Counted from the stretch's first letter, positions 18,642 through 28,170 are shown. The stretch: DNA of 64,000 nt from an uncultured Eubacteriales bacterium (GCA_964550165.1 CAZJYC010000004.1:2795-66794), one strand, 5' to 3'. Program-made: numbers and translations. Notes: a model not told the origin generated them from the letters alone.

Positions 18642-19691
18642 TTATTTTTTTCTTGCCCGAATGGGCAACAGCGGCTCCAGTTTCTCTCGAAGCTTGTTGT
18701 ATTCCTCTGGGCCGAGGAGAATAACATAATTTTCGCTTCTGAAGTTAGGAAATAAAAATTTGGCTCCCGGGACGATTGCTTCTCTTGGCGGCTGGGAGTC
18801 AAGAAAATCGATTTCAAATTCCATATCGGCTATTTCAACAATCAGTTTATCCCGGGCATTGAATCCGGCTCTCTGGAAACACTCATCTGTCCAGTTGGTT
18901 TCTATCTGAAGCCTGTTCCGCTGAAAACCAGAAGCAACGATGTTTCCCTTCAAGGCTGCTTCTTCAATCTCGATTTCACCCACATTCACGTCAAGATTGG
19001 AGAAAAATTCTTTCGTCAGAGGCTGATTGATTGTCGGCTCAGAGATCTCGTAGGTGCTTCCCCGCGTGCCCACTTGAGAAATGAACCAGGAAGCCGGGAT
19101 CTTTACCCCGTCGATTTCCTGGTAAGGACCGTAATCATGGTTGACTTCGTATTTGCCTTCATTCGGATCAAGGCCTTTAAAGACCGCTCTCCTGAGCAGG
19201 AAATCATCGGCGTCCAGGTAGAATTCAACATCCAGGTCGTCCACTTTCGCGGTTAGCAAATAATGCTTCTTTGGCCCATATTTTTTTAGCCCCTGAAACT
19301 TGAGCTGGTCTTTGAAGTTGACCAGGGTGAACAAGCCGGACCGGAGCAAGGCGAGTGACTGGTGCATGGCCTTCTGAACTCCCTTAAGCTCGGTCATTCG
19401 ATTGAAGCAATTTCTTCTGACCTTTTGACTATCAGCGATTATGACTTCGGTGATGATTGGGTCTTTTCCCTCTGTCATTTTCATCACGCCATCCGAGGAC
19501 ATAAAAAAGGTGGTTGTGCCATGTCGGAAAGAGTAATTCTTGATCTGGGCTAAGTTCTGCTTTCCTCCCGCAGCCTGGATGCTTTTCTCGACAATCTCTT
19601 CAAGCGAGAGCTCAACCTGAGAGTGGCTGGGAAGCATAAGGAATAAAAGAAACAAAGAGCAAACAAAAAAAATTCCGAATCGGCCTGCCAT
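18642..19691 (-). CDS. Hypothetical exported protein (N-terminus resembles outer-membrane lipoprotein-sorting-like proteins)
   Basis: Signal peptide then LEEIVEKSIQAAGG; family tentative. Confidence 0.65.
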   Translation of the reverse strand: MAGRFGIFFVCSLFLLFLMLPSHSQVELSLEEIVEKSIQAAGGKQNLAQIKNYSFRHGTTTFFMSSDGVMKMTEGKDPIITEVIIADSQKVRRNCFNRMTELKGVQKAMHQSLALLRSGLFTLVNFKDQLKFQGLKKYGPKKHYLLTAKVDDLDVEFYLDADDFLLRRAVFKGLDPNEGKYEVNHDYGPYQEIDGVKIPASWFISQVGTRGSTYEISEPTINQPLTKEFFSNLDVNVGEIEIEEAALKGNIVASGFQRNRLQIETNWTDECFQRAGFNARDKLIVEIADMEFEIDFLDSQPPREAIVPGAKFLFPNFRSENYVILLGPEEYNKLREKLEPLLPIRARKK

Positions 19692-19939
19692 ACATGCCTC
19701 CTTTGATAATTTTTATCGGAATTATTTTAAAAAAATTAATCTCGTTATTCAAGCGCAAAAAAATTATTTTTTTTCGTTGCTTCCTTCCGCCTCGAACAAA
19801 GCGATAGCGCGCTGTTCCAATAGGTTGATGAAACGTATCCCTGTTTGTCAAATGAGGCCGATGATTTTAAAAACCGTTAGAGATGGCAAAACAGATCTCA
19901 GTAAGCCCGAAATCTTCGGGTGATCAAGAAAATGTGTTG

Positions 19940-19948
19940 TGGTATAAT
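19940..19948 (+). promoter_or_regulatory. Extended -10 promoter candidate for the dsrC-like operon
   Basis: TGgTATAAT about 200 nt upstream of the RBS-supported start. Confidence 0.5.
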
Positions 19949-20149
19949 AGCGCGTCGACTTTGGAAGAGGAATAAGATCGCATTCCCGCTTCCAAAGGCT
20001 GCTTCGCCATCTCAATTCAATATTCAGACGGGGCAAAGACTAGCTTCTTGCCGCCAAGAGAGGCCGCTCGCCTGGAATTGCTGACAAGCGGTTTTTCATG
20101 GCAAGCCGTGGGACATAGAGCGACCGTCAAAAAATTTAAGGAGCTCGCT

Positions 20150-20470
20150 ATGCCGTTCATCGAAGATAAAGAGAAAAAAATAGAAGTCAACGAAGAAGGT
20201 TTTTTAGTCCATCATGAGGATTGGAACAGGGAAGTGGCTGAACTTTTAGCCAGAGATGAGGAGGGAATAGAATCTTTAACTGAAGAACACTGGGCGGTTA
20301 TCAATTATATTCGTGACTATTATCTTGAGAATAAACTGGCGCCGATGGTCCGTAAGCTCTGCCAGAACACAGGATTTCAGCTCAGGCACATTTATGAACT
20401 GTTCCCTTCTGGGCCTGCCAAAGGAGCCTGCAAACTCGCAGGATTGCCCAAGCCCGATGGCTGCGTTTAG
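20150..20470 (+). CDS. dsrC: DsrC/TusE family sulfur-relay protein with both C-terminal cysteines
   Basis: RBS AAGGAG; EEGFL...WNREVAE..A, LTEEHWAVINYIR, LFPSGPAKGACKLAGLPKPDGCV (CX10CV). Confidence 0.88.
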   Translation: MPFIEDKEKKIEVNEEGFLVHHEDWNREVAELLARDEEGIESLTEEHWAVINYIRDYYLENKLAPMVRKLCQNTGFQLRHIYELFPSGPAKGACKLAGLPKPDGCV

Positions 20471-20485
20471 AAGGGAAGAATTTTC

Positions 20486-21112
20486 ATGCTTTCTGTTCTG
20501 AGGATTGCGACGTTCGTCTCCATCGCCATTTCTGTTATTTCCCTCTTTGTTCTGATTTTGAAGACCTTTTCTTTCGGCAAAAAGTCCCGCTATGCGCCTC
20601 CTCACGGAAGCGGGACAAAAGGCATCATTGACGCGTTTGGACGAGGCATGATGCCCTGGGCGAAAGAAAGCGCATCCCATCATCTCCCCACTTATATCGG
20701 CGGCCTGCTGTACCATGCCGGCATCTTCTCCGCGCTTTTCTATCTTCTCTCTGTCCTTATCCCTTTTGGTTTGCCGATTGCGTTCCTTACTCTCCTCCGC
20801 GCCTTTATCATCTTAAGCCTTTTGAGCGGATTTGCCCTCCTTATCAAGAGACTCGCCGTTCCTGCCCTGAAAAGGATAAGCTGCCCGGATGATTTCGCGG
20901 CGAATATTCTTGTTGGCCTTTTCCTTTTTTCAGCCCTGGTCCACACATATTTTGCGCGTTTGGCTCCCTTGTTCCTCTCTCTGGCTATCATCCTCTTTCT
21001 TTATATCCCCATGGGGAAAATCCGCCACTGTTTCTTCTTTTTTTACGTCAGAGTCCTCTTTGGGCTTTTTTTCGGGAGAAGGGGAGTCTTGCCCCGGAAG
21101 CAGAGGGTTTGA
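20486..21112 (+). CDS. DsrM/HdrE/NarI-like membrane cytochrome b subunit
   Basis: About 5 TM helices, candidate heme-ligand His residues (LLYHAG, LVHT, KIRHCFFFF); sits between dsrC and a DsrK-like gene. Confidence 0.72.
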   Translation: MLSVLRIATFVSIAISVISLFVLILKTFSFGKKSRYAPPHGSGTKGIIDAFGRGMMPWAKESASHHLPTYIGGLLYHAGIFSALFYLLSVLIPFGLPIAFLTLLRAFIILSLLSGFALLIKRLAVPALKRISCPDDFAANILVGLFLFSALVHTYFARLAPLFLSLAIILFLYIPMGKIRHCFFFFYVRVLFGLFFGRRGVLPRKQRV

Positions 21113-21115
21113 GAC

Positions 21116-22474
21116 ATGACTGAAAAAGACGGCGGGAAAGACTGGCTGGAAGAGAAAATCAAGGGTCTGAAACCAGAAGAATTGAAAAAGGCTATCAAGG
21201 GCTTTCAAGAGCTCATTCACTCTGAATATGCGGCCTGCCTCAATTCTTGTGTCCATTGCGGCCTCTGCGCCGATTCCTGCCATTATTATTTAAGCAATAA
21301 GGAGACCCCCTCGCTTCCTGCCTACAAGCTCGGTCTCGTGGCCTCTGTCTTCAAAAGATATTTCAGTTTTAGCGGGAAGAACTTTCCACGCTGGGCAGGA
21401 GCCAGAGAATTCAACCCGGAAACGGTCAGAGAATGGGTGGATACGCTGTTTGGACGATGCACGCTCTGCGGCCGATGTTTTCTCAATTGCTCCATGGGCT
21501 TGAACATTCCTTATCTCATCCGGGCCGCGAGAAACGCTTTGGTCATTCTGAATCTTGTCCCTCCCGGCCTCGACTCTACCGTTGCCACCGCTCTCGAAAA
21601 AGGCAACAACATGGGAATTCCTAAGCAAGAATGGATTGAGACGGTCCGCTGGCTGGAAGAAGAGCTTCAGAAGGAGGTCAGAGACCCGGAAGCCAGGCTT
21701 CCCATGGACAAAAGGGGTGAAAAGCTTTTATACACAATCAACCCCAGGGAGCCCATGTTCTTTCCTTTATCCATCGTCGCTGCCGGCAAAATATTTTATG
21801 CAGCAAAGGAGAGCTGGACTCTGTCCAGCGAAAACTACGACCTGACAAACTATGCGTTCTACACCGGGGATGAGAGAAGCGCTGCAATCATTTCCGAGAG
21901 GCTCACCCAGTCCATGAAAAAATTGGGCTGCCAAACTCTGGTTCTCGGAGAATGTGGTCATGGTTTCATCTCCAACAGGTGGGAGAGCCCGGAGTGGCTG
22001 GGGCAAAAATATGACTTTGAGGTCAAAAGCATTCTCGAGATCGTCGAGGCTTATCTTCGCCAGGGACGGATCGGGCTCGATCCTTCCCTCAATGCTGATC
22101 CCGTAACTCTCCACGACCCCTGCAACCTCGTCCGGCTGGGAGGAATTGTGGAAGAGCAGAGATATATCCTGAAGCAGGCTGTCAGCCATTTTGCGGAGAT
22201 GAGCCCCAACCGGGAAAAAAATTTTTGCTGTGGGGGAGGCGGCGGCCAACTGGCCATGAGCCGCTTCAGGCAGAGACGCCTTGACGCAGGCCGAATAAAG
22301 GCGGAGCAGATAAAAAAAACCGGCGCCAAAACTGTCGCCACTCCCTGCCACAACTGCATCGACCAGCTCATGGAGCTCAACAAGCACTACAAACTTGGAG
22401 TGGAGATAAAAACAGTCTGCGAAATTGTCGCCAAGGCCCTGGTCCTTGACAAGAACACGAAAGGCTCAGGCTGA
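21116..22474 (+). CDS. DsrK/HdrD-like Fe-S oxidoreductase (CCG domains)
   Basis: CVHCGLCADSC, CTLCGRCFLNC, ECGHG, HDPCN, FCCGGGGG, PCHNC. Confidence 0.88.
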   Translation: MTEKDGGKDWLEEKIKGLKPEELKKAIKGFQELIHSEYAACLNSCVHCGLCADSCHYYLSNKETPSLPAYKLGLVASVFKRYFSFSGKNFPRWAGAREFNPETVREWVDTLFGRCTLCGRCFLNCSMGLNIPYLIRAARNALVILNLVPPGLDSTVATALEKGNNMGIPKQEWIETVRWLEEELQKEVRDPEARLPMDKRGEKLLYTINPREPMFFPLSIVAAGKIFYAAKESWTLSSENYDLTNYAFYTGDERSAAIISERLTQSMKKLGCQTLVLGECGHGFISNRWESPEWLGQKYDFEVKSILEIVEAYLRQGRIGLDPSLNADPVTLHDPCNLVRLGGIVEEQRYILKQAVSHFAEMSPNREKNFCCGGGGGQLAMSRFRQRRLDAGRIKAEQIKKTGAKTVATPCHNCIDQLMELNKHYKLGVEIKTVCEIVAKALVLDKNTKGSG

Positions 22475-22490
22475 ATAACAAGCGCTGACT

Positions 22491-23660
22491 TTATCGATTC
22501 CTTCTGGATTCAGCTATCTCCTTAACAGCCTGGATGGTCAGGTCGATCTCTTCTTCTGTGTTAAAAGGTCCAATCCCAAAACGGACTGCTCCGTGGATCT
22601 TATCCGTTCCGAGCTGTTCATGGACACGGGGAGCGCAATGAAGGCCGGTCCGGCAGGCGATATTGTAATCCACATCGAGGATTGTTCCAGTGTTGATGGC
22701 TTCCAGACCGTTGACGTTGAGAAGAAATACGCTGATATGGTCCGTCAGATCATCCTGGCAATAGAGTGTGACTCCCTCGACATCCTTCAGACCGTCGCGG
22801 AGCCTTGTCGTGAGCTTCATCTCCTGCTCATGGATGGCGCTCAATCCTTTCTTTTTGACCCAGTTCAGGCCTGCATAAAGCCCGGCCACCCCTAGAACAT
22901 TCAGCGTCCCGTACTCGAGCCGGTAAGGATATTCCTCCAGATGCGTCCGGACAGCGGACCTGACCCCGGTGCCCCCGGCGCGGGTATGGCGGATTTCAAT
23001 CCCTTCCCTGACATACAGGCCCCCGATCCCGGTAGGGCCAAGCAGGGATTTATGGCCGGTGAAAGCCACCAGATCCACGTTCTGGTCTTTGATGTCGATC
23101 GGGATTTTGCCGGCGGATTGGGAGACGTCGACGGCAAAAGGGATGCCCCTTTCTCGGCAGTGCCTTCCGATTTCTTTTATGGGCTGAACCGTGCCGATAA
23201 CGTTGGAGGCATGATTGACGATAACGAGTTTTGTGTTCTTCTTGAATTTCTTCGGGAAATCATCAGGATCGACGAACCCTTTTTCATCAAACGGGATGTA
23301 ATCGACTGCGACCCCCGTATAACTGTAGAGATGATAAAGGGGCCTCAGCACGGAATTGTGCTCCAGGGTCGTCGTAATGGCGTGGTCGCCTTCCTTGAGC
23401 ATGCCGAAGATGATAAGATTCAAGGCATCGGTCGAATTATAGGAAAAGCATAGCCTGTTCGCGTCTTTTCCGTTAAAAAACTCCGTCAATTCTTTTCGTG
23501 TTTTTTCAACCAGTTCTCCTGTTTCCATACAGAGATCATAGCCCGAACGGCCAGGATTGACTCCAAAATTGCGGTAGAAATGATTCATGAACGTATAGAC
23601 TTCATCGGGTTTGGGAAAAGATGTGGCTCCGTTATCCAGAAATATGAGTTTACGCACCAA
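22491..23660 (-). CDS. Aminotransferase class V, cysteine desulfurase family
   Basis: FLDNGATSFPKP, LEHNSV, HASNVIG, DVSQSAG, FTGHKSLLGP, RTGLHCAP. Confidence 0.92.
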   Translation of the reverse strand: MVRKLIFLDNGATSFPKPDEVYTFMNHFYRNFGVNPGRSGYDLCMETGELVEKTRKELTEFFNGKDANRLCFSYNSTDALNLIIFGMLKEGDHAITTTLEHNSVLRPLYHLYSYTGVAVDYIPFDEKGFVDPDDFPKKFKKNTKLVIVNHASNVIGTVQPIKEIGRHCRERGIPFAVDVSQSAGKIPIDIKDQNVDLVAFTGHKSLLGPTGIGGLYVREGIEIRHTRAGGTGVRSAVRTHLEEYPYRLEYGTLNVLGVAGLYAGLNWVKKKGLSAIHEQEMKLTTRLRDGLKDVEGVTLYCQDDLTDHISVFLLNVNGLEAINTGTILDVDYNIACRTGLHCAPRVHEQLGTDKIHGAVRFGIGPFNTEEEIDLTIQAVKEIAESRRNR

Positions 23661-23814
23661 ATGGACTCATAAAAACCTCTTCACCGCCCAGTGGAGGCCT
23701 CGGAAAAAAGATATGGTCTCGAGATTAAACTATATATTTATTTTTTCGACAGAAATCAACGATTTTTTATAAATTGACAGAATTACGGACTTGGAATAGA
23801 ATTATTACCTCTTC

Positions 23815-25455
23815 ATGCAACCCATGGGACTTAAGGGTATACAATCAAGAAAAAGCCTTCAAACAGTCCTCCTGTTATTCTTATCAGGATCCACAGCCAT
23901 CTTCTTCCTCCTCGGCTGCGCATCAACGAAAAAGCCCTATGACCTGGTTATAAAAAATGGCTTTGTCATCGATGGATCAGGCAATCCCTGGTTTCTCGCT
24001 GACCTCGGCATAAGGAACAAGAAAATAGTCAAGATTGGCTTTCTGAACGAAAGCCGGGCCAAACAAACGGTCGACGCTCAAAATCTATTCGTCTGTCCTG
24101 GATTCATCGACATCCACACTCATTGCGACCGAGGAATTATCGATGTTCCTACGGTCGACAACTACGTCCATCAAGGCGCGACAAGCGTTATCGGCGGCAA
24201 CTGCGGAAGCCATCCTTTCCCCTTGAAGGAACTCTTCGCAAAAATCCAGGAGAAAGGGATCTCGATTAACTTTGGCTGCCTTATCGGCCACAACACAATT
24301 CGAAGGGAAGTCATGGGATTCAAAATGAGCGCTCCGACAGAAGAAGAGACAGAAAGGATGAAGAGCCTGATCGATGAAGAGATGAAGGCCGGAGCTCTGG
24401 GATTTTCTACAGGATTAGCCTATCTTCCAGGAACTTATGCCAAAACAGAAGAACTCATCCAGCTTGCCTCTCCCGTCGCCCGCTACAAAGGTATCTATGC
24501 CTCCCATATCAGAGATCAGGGCCTTCGCATCACAGAAGCCATCGAAGAAGCCATCGCTGTCGGCGAAAACAACACTATCCCTGTCCAGATATCTCACATC
24601 AAACTGGCCGATGATGCTGTCTGGTTTCAGCCGGAAAGAATTATCAAACCGGTCGAGGAAGCCCGTCAGAGGGGCGTTGAGGTCACCCTCGACCAGTATC
24701 CCTATACAGCCACAAGCTCCGGATTTACCAGCAGCTTCCCTTCTTGGGCTTTCGAAGGAGGTAAAGAAAAATTTCTGGAAAGAATCAAAGATCAAAAATC
24801 CTATGAAAAAATAAAGGCTCACATCATAAAACGCAGATTGACGTCAACAAAAGGAATCGACAGGCTGGAAACCATCTTTATCGCAAGCTGTCAGGAATTT
24901 CCTGAATATGAAGGGAAAAACCTGCGGGAGATTCTTGAGGCTCAAGGGAAAAAACCGACAGTCGATAACGCAGCAGATTTCATTATCGATATCGAGAAAA
25001 ACGGAGGAGCTTCAGGAGTTTTTTTCCAGATGGACGAGAAGGATGTGGAGAGTCTGATGCGCCTTTCCTACACGATGCACGCTTCCGACGGCGCAGTTGA
25101 AGTCATCGGGCGTGGCGTCCCTCATCCAAGAAATTATGGAACCTTTCCCAGAGTCATTGCCCGTTATGTCAGAGAAAAAAGAGTCATTGCATTGGAAGAG
25201 GCCATCCGGAAAATGACCTCTTTGCCCGCCCAAACCTTGAGGCTTCATAAAAGGGGCATGATCCGAGAAGGGAATTATGCCGATCTTACAATCTTTGACT
25301 GGAACACATTTGAGGATATGGCGACTTTCTCTGACCCTCACCAATACAGCCGAGGTCTGATGTACGTCCTTGTGAACGGCGAGCTTGTTGTGAACAAGGG
25401 AAAGCATACGGCTCGGCTGCCAGGAATGATTCTCTATGGGAAAGGGAAGAAATGA
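23815..25455 (+). CDS. N-acyl-D-amino-acid deacylase (D-aminoacylase), probable lipoprotein
   Basis: PGFIDIHTH, GGNCG, GFSTGL.Y.PG, SHIKLA, HPRNYGTFPRV, ADLTIFD. Confidence 0.92.
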   Translation: MQPMGLKGIQSRKSLQTVLLLFLSGSTAIFFLLGCASTKKPYDLVIKNGFVIDGSGNPWFLADLGIRNKKIVKIGFLNESRAKQTVDAQNLFVCPGFIDIHTHCDRGIIDVPTVDNYVHQGATSVIGGNCGSHPFPLKELFAKIQEKGISINFGCLIGHNTIRREVMGFKMSAPTEEETERMKSLIDEEMKAGALGFSTGLAYLPGTYAKTEELIQLASPVARYKGIYASHIRDQGLRITEAIEEAIAVGENNTIPVQISHIKLADDAVWFQPERIIKPVEEARQRGVEVTLDQYPYTATSSGFTSSFPSWAFEGGKEKFLERIKDQKSYEKIKAHIIKRRLTSTKGIDRLETIFIASCQEFPEYEGKNLREILEAQGKKPTVDNAADFIIDIEKNGGASGVFFQMDEKDVESLMRLSYTMHASDGAVEVIGRGVPHPRNYGTFPRVIARYVREKRVIALEEAIRKMTSLPAQTLRLHKRGMIREGNYADLTIFDWNTFEDMATFSDPHQYSRGLMYVLVNGELVVNKGKHTARLPGMILYGKGKK

Positions 25456-25464
25456 GGTTGAAAA

Positions 25465-25824
25465 ATGATTATCAAAAAAAATGAGGAAATCCCCGAGGCG
25501 CTCATGGAGGACGAAGATGTCAAGAAAGTGGTGAGGAAAATCCTTATCGGACCTGACGATGGTTCGAACAATATCATTATGAGATATTTCAAAGTCCTTC
25601 CAGAAGGAAACACACCTTTTCACAGCCATGCTCACGAGCATGTGATCAAAATAGAGAAAGGAAGAGGAATCGTCGTTTGGGGAGGAGGAGAGGAAACGAT
25701 TGTTTCTGAGGGACAGAGCCTTTTCATCCAAGCCAACGAAAAACATCAATTTAAAAATCCCTTTGCCAAACCTTTTGAATTTTTGTGTATCATCATCAAT
25801 CCTGAACAAATTGAGTCAAGATAG
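25465..25824 (+). CDS. Cupin domain protein
   Basis: TPFHSHAHEH...G.G, EKHQFKN. Confidence 0.85.
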   Translation: MIIKKNEEIPEALMEDEDVKKVVRKILIGPDDGSNNIIMRYFKVLPEGNTPFHSHAHEHVIKIEKGRGIVVWGGGEETIVSEGQSLFIQANEKHQFKNPFAKPFEFLCIIINPEQIESR

Positions 25825-25851
25825 AATAAAAGAGCGACAACAGAACTCTCG

Positions 25852-26835
25852 ATGAAATTCAACTTAAACAGCGCGATCGAGTTTCTTCTTGCCAGAGGAA
25901 ACCTTCCTATCCTTTACTGGTTGAAAAAAGATATTCTTGAAGTCCCGGCGGATAGGGAGCTTAAGAACCTGCAAAAATTTGCTTCCAGGATCAGAATTCT
26001 GAAAGGCCAGAAAAATAACGGCGGCTGGTGCAAAAAAAAATATGAAGGTCATCCTCGCTGGGAAAAAACATATTACATTGTAGAGACATTAAAAAACCTC
26101 TTCAAACTTTATAACTATGGTTGCAGCCTCGAGGAGGAGGAAATTCAAAAGGCGGTCGACTTCCTCTTCTCCACTCAATCTAAAGAGGGAGACTTTCGTG
26201 GCGCGTATCTCAACGAATACTCCCCCACCTATCATGCTTTGACTCTTGAAATACTCTGTCTCTATGGTCTCGATAAAGACAAAAGGACTCAGAAAGGATT
26301 CCGCTGGATTCTCAGAAACAGGCAGGAGGATGGTGGCTGGGTCATCCCGTACCGGACTATAGAGCACGAACAGCTAAAAAATCGGTACAATTTTAGAGCA
26401 CAGCTCAAGCTTGAACCTATCAAAACTGATCGATCTCGCCCCTTTTCCCATCTTGTCACAGGCATGGTCCTCCGTGCCCTTGCTGGTTCTTCAACCTGGA
26501 AGAAGGGCAAAGAGGCCTGGAAAGCAGGCGAATTGGTGCTGAGCCGCTTTTTCAAGGAGGACGGATACGACGACAGACGTCTCTCCTCCTGCTGGGAAGA
26601 AATCACCTATCCTTTCTGGGCGACCGATATTCTGAGCAGCCTCGATTCCCTTTCCAAAATTGGCTTTCCAGCAGAGGATGAAAGAATCCAGAGGGGCTTG
26701 GAATGGCTGATGAAAAAGCAAATCCGTCAAGGCTACTGGGAATCAGGGAACAAAAAGTCAACCTTAGAAGACCATCTCTGGGTGACCTTCGCGGTTTTAA
26801 GAGTACTCAAGAGATTCGGACTGTTTGACGTATAA
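25852..26835 (+). CDS. Prenyltransferase/squalene oxidase repeat-containing protein
   Basis: Repeated QxxDGGW-type motifs (QKNNGGW, QSKEGDF, QEDGGW, QGYW). Confidence 0.75.
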   Translation: MKFNLNSAIEFLLARGNLPILYWLKKDILEVPADRELKNLQKFASRIRILKGQKNNGGWCKKKYEGHPRWEKTYYIVETLKNLFKLYNYGCSLEEEEIQKAVDFLFSTQSKEGDFRGAYLNEYSPTYHALTLEILCLYGLDKDKRTQKGFRWILRNRQEDGGWVIPYRTIEHEQLKNRYNFRAQLKLEPIKTDRSRPFSHLVTGMVLRALAGSSTWKKGKEAWKAGELVLSRFFKEDGYDDRRLSSCWEEITYPFWATDILSSLDSLSKIGFPAEDERIQRGLEWLMKKQIRQGYWESGNKKSTLEDHLWVTFAVLRVLKRFGLFDV

Positions 26836-26851
26836 CCAGAGAAACGCGCTC

Positions 26852-27202
26852 TCAATGGGTGTGCTCAACGGAGCGTTTTTCCAAATCCTTGAGGACGTTA
26901 ATCAGACGAGCTGTTAAAAGAGAAAATCCCTGATTGATCCTTGTCCTTTGCTCGGAGTTTTCATGGCGGAGAAGCGTATTGGTAAAATAACTGCTTCCCG
27001 AAAAGCAGTTTCTAATATTCCTGACGAGTTTTTTGAGCGAGTCTAAATCGAATTCTTCTTTCAGGATGATATTCTTTGACTCCAGATGAAAATGCAGAAA
27101 AACATTCGCCCATTCTGAGTTATCTCCGTCCTTGAGCAGCACGGCAATCTCACTCAGGAGAAGAGCAAGCTCTTCAACTCGCCATTTTTCAACTTTTTGC
27201 AT
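26852..27202 (-). CDS. Hypothetical protein
   Basis: 116-aa ORF convergent on the upstream gene; no family recognised. Confidence 0.6.
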   Translation of the reverse strand: MQKVEKWRVEELALLLSEIAVLLKDGDNSEWANVFLHFHLESKNIILKEEFDLDSLKKLVRNIRNCFSGSSYFTNTLLRHENSEQRTRINQGFSLLTARLINVLKDLEKRSVEHTH

Positions 27203-27281
27203 AGTTTGTATATGATGCCAAAGTTTCCAGAAAAAATCGAGGAATTTTTAAAGTCAGCATTTCAATTCCTTGATTTGAAGA

Positions 27282-27316
27282 GATTCATCGAGCAATCTTT
27301 TATCATAAAATTGAAA
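27282..27316. repeat. Isolated terminal module of the dispersed repeat family
   Basis: GATTCATCGAGCAATCTTTTATCATAAAATT resembles 45187-45222 and 18-52. Confidence 0.45.
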
Positions 27317-27422
27317 TTTCTAACAAAAAATGATTTCTTGAAACAATAAAAACGGGTAATATAATGAATGCGCTTTATTTCAGATTTTTGTTTTATTTTC
27401 TATCCTAGCGGATCATTATTCC

Positions 27423-27899
27423 ATGAGATACTTCTTGAGCTTAGGCAGCAACATCGGAGACAGGGCGAAAAATCTGGCCCAAACGCTCTTCCTTCTTGAA
27501 CAAGCGGGAGTTAAAATCCTTAAAAAATCATCCCTTTATGAGACCCAACCGGTCGATCTTAATTCAGAATTTTGGTTCTATAACCAGGTTGTGGAGGTCG
27601 AAGCAGACACTTCTCCTGAAGCATTCTTAACTCTGATAAAAAAAATCGAAAAAAAGATGGGAAGAAAAGCTAAGGCCAGAAAGGAACCTCGAATTATAGA
27701 CGTTGACATCCTTCTTGCAGAAAGAACTGTCATTCAGACACATGACCTGGAGATTCCCCATCCCAGGATGGAAAAAAGGAATTTTGTCCTCACTGCTTTC
27801 AAGGAGATCTCTCCTGGCACCGTCCATCCTGTTCTCGGAAAAAGCATAGAAGACCTTTGTAAGGAATCAAAGGACCGTTCGGTTGTCATCCACTTGTAA
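27423..27899 (+). CDS. folK: 2-amino-4-hydroxy-6-hydroxymethyldihydropteridine diphosphokinase
   Basis: LSLGSNIGDR, SSLYETQP, PRIIDVDILL, IPHPRM..RNFVL. Confidence 0.96.
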   Translation: MRYFLSLGSNIGDRAKNLAQTLFLLEQAGVKILKKSSLYETQPVDLNSEFWFYNQVVEVEADTSPEAFLTLIKKIEKKMGRKAKARKEPRIIDVDILLAERTVIQTHDLEIPHPRMEKRNFVLTAFKEISPGTVHPVLGKSIEDLCKESKDRSVVIHL

Positions 27900-27960
27900 A
27901 AATCAAAGAGTTGCCCGGTAAATGTCCCAATATCAAGTAAAAGCAATCGACTCTCTTCTA

Positions 27961-28170
27961 TTTTGTGTGTCTTATCTGAAAGTCTTCTCAAAATGGCCTC
28001 GCTCCCCTTCAGGTTTTTAACGCCGTTCCCTCGCAGCCCTTCTCGGCGGCTGCGGAACTCGCTTCGCTCAGACATCCTCGCCGCCCGACTCCGTCGGGTT
28101 CCCTCGAAGGGCAGCTCGGGAAGGCTAAACCTTCAATGGTCGCTTCGGCCATCTCTGAGAAGCTCTTTTG
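27961..28170. repeat. Dispersed structured intergenic repeat, core copy
   Basis: Homologous to 34855-35026 and to the reverse complement of 79-240; terminal stem CTTCTCAAAATGGCC/GGCCATCTCTGAGAAG. Confidence 0.85.

Noticed and set aside
20040-20080. ZTP-like 3' motif GCCGCTCGCCTGG in the dsrC leader
   Set aside because: The required 5' half is absent and the gene context does not fit
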